Source: Azolla caroliniana (Eukaryota; Plantae; Polypodiophyta). From it: 64,000 nucleotides of DNA. Under the pieces are notes generated by a model. That model was not told the origin of the DNA, did no database searches, and worked only from the letters and a program-made list of their open reading frames with translations. The stretch spans positions 11,842,001 to 11,906,000 of the forward strand of contig JBHGNT010000007.1 of assembly GCA_043228905.1 (NCBI GenBank). The letters are read 5' to 3'. This document shows positions 62,261 through 64,000 of this stretch, one piece after another; position 1 is the first letter of the stretch, and each line of letters begins with the position of its first letter. The position numbers and the translations under genes were made by a program.

Positions 62261-64000
62261 TGTTTACTCTTCGGGCCGGACAATGGCCTAACACAGGGTG
62301 TCTACGGGAGACACTTCACCAAAGGGTGTTATGGCAACCGGATTAGACTTCAATGCTTAATCCGACTTAATCAAGTTACTTATTAGGATCGTCTTCATAA
62401 CACGCGAAAGATATAACAATTAAGACAGAACGGCAATTAACACAGAGAGATAACAACGCTTAAGCTTTCATTAATTAACCGCTAACTATTACATTGTATC
62501 CGGGCCTTTAAATAGGTTTCTGGTCTGTATTACAAAACGGTGCCATCCGCACCTGTTCGGGATCGGTCCGGATCCGGAACGGCATACCGATTCCGGTCCG
62601 TCCGTCCACACTCATAGCTTAATTACAACCACATTCCTACTACTTAATTAGCTCTCTGTTTCCCACTCTGGACTCCTTTGCCGGCCGGTAACACATGGCA
62701 CGCCCGTGGGACAGTACCTTGTACGTCGAATCCACAACTGACCCTTGCTATTCTTCGTCCAAAATGTCTAGAATGCTTTGTTCGAGAGGCTCCAATGGTT
62801 CATTTGGAAGTGGTTGTTGTTGTTGCTGCTGTTGCTGCTCTGTTGCTGTCTGCTGCGGCGGGTCCGTCGGTGGTTGCTGCGGCTGCTCCTCCGTTGGTGG
62901 CTCTGACACCGGCGTCTCCGTCGTTGCTCCATGCGTCGTCGTGGTCTCCGGTTGACTGGTTCCCGGATGGCCCTCAGCCGGCGACGGTTCCTCATCACTA
63001 AGGTTAACCGTTGTCGCTTCCCGTGCTTTTTCTTCCCGCACCCGAGACCGCTCGTAGCTTTCAAACTGGATTTGAGCGTCCAGCCTATCATCGTCCAGCT
63101 GGGCTACGAGCTGCCTGACCTGTGCCAGCTGTTAATCTGCCAGGACTTGGAAGTCGTCGGCCAGCTCGTCCCGTATGGCGGTGAAGTCCTCGGAAGTCAA
63201 CGTATAACAGTCATCTCCTTCCTTCCGCCGGTTTGCCACATCCGCCCGTAGCAACTGGAGTTCCGCCGCGTTTTGTGCCCACTTTGTCCACCATTTTACG
63301 GAGCTTTCATCAATCAAGTGTTTCGTCTTATTCAGCCATGCCCGGAGGATGGACTGAATCCGGCTCGTTCCCAATTGCGATTTGGTTTCCGCCGCTTGCC
63401 GTTCCTCCTTCAGTTGTTTGATTATTTTGACGTTGTCCTCCGCCTGCGCCTTGTAATGCGTCAATTGCCTTTGATATGTACTTTCTAATTTCTGCAATAC
63501 TGTTGACCCTCTCTCTTTGTCTTCCTGCTGCTGCTTCTGGAGCTCCATCCGGACCTTCTCCGCCTCTTCCAAGCGTCTTGTATTTTCCGCCCGTTCGTCG
63601 GCGATCGCCGTCGCGGCCCGATCAACTGCCTGCTGGAACTCGGCCATCCGTTCTTTATGCTCTATTTCCAGCCGTTTGTAGTCCCGGTGCAGGTGCTCAA
63701 AATCATCCGTCTTTTGCTTGAGTCGTGCGTTGATCTGACGACGGGCCCGGTCCTCGCGGTCCTTCTGCTGGCAGAGCTCTTCCTTTAGCCGTTCAATCTC
63801 TGTTTCCACCGTTTTCCGCAGCTTGTCCTTTTCCTGCAGCAGTTTGTCTCTCTCCTCCTTTAGCCAGTCGTACACTTGATGGCCTTTCTGGAGGCTCTCC
63901 TCTGCCCGGCGGAGGTTCTCAGCAGTCTTCTTTACTTCGGCTTCGGTCGCCGTCTTCAATTCTCGTTCATGGCTCCTTAGCGCTTCTTGTGCGGCAAGTT
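62261..64000 (-). mobile_element. 3' end of another Gypsy of the 30917-40792 family: LTR 62261-62693 and coiled-coil extra ORF, running off the window
   Basis: The LTR is similar to 30917-31335 (ACACTTCACCAAAGGGTG; TTGCCGGCCGGTAACA). The ORF contains SVKWWTKWA..ELQLLRADV.NRRKEGDDCY. Confidence 0.9.

Overview
This is eukaryotic, repeat-saturated DNA with no host genes. The repeat set (Tcn1-like chromovirus, tRNA-Trp-primed Gypsy, RTE-X-like LINE, Sola-like DNA transposon, CG/CHG-type C-to-T decay) suggests a non-seed land plant, which is an inference. About 88% of the window is nested Gypsy and Copia LTR retrotransposons, several with paired LTRs and target-site duplications (TSDs). The main result is a complete 7.6-kb DNA transposon at 333-7938 with perfect 33-bp terminal inverted repeats (TIRs) and a 4-bp AGGA TSD. 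It encodes an intact 890-aa Sola-like DDD transposase with a BAH-like C-terminus. Divergently, it carries a 6-exon gene for a ParB/Srx-like domain fused to a prokaryotic-type beta-class DNA amino-methyltransferase (6mA/4mC type); this copy has 4 TAA stops and 1 frameshift. A second oddity is a Gypsy family (3 copies) with a tRNA-3'-end-like sequence where the polypurine tract (PPT) should be. All family assignments come from motif recognition by eye; no searches were run.
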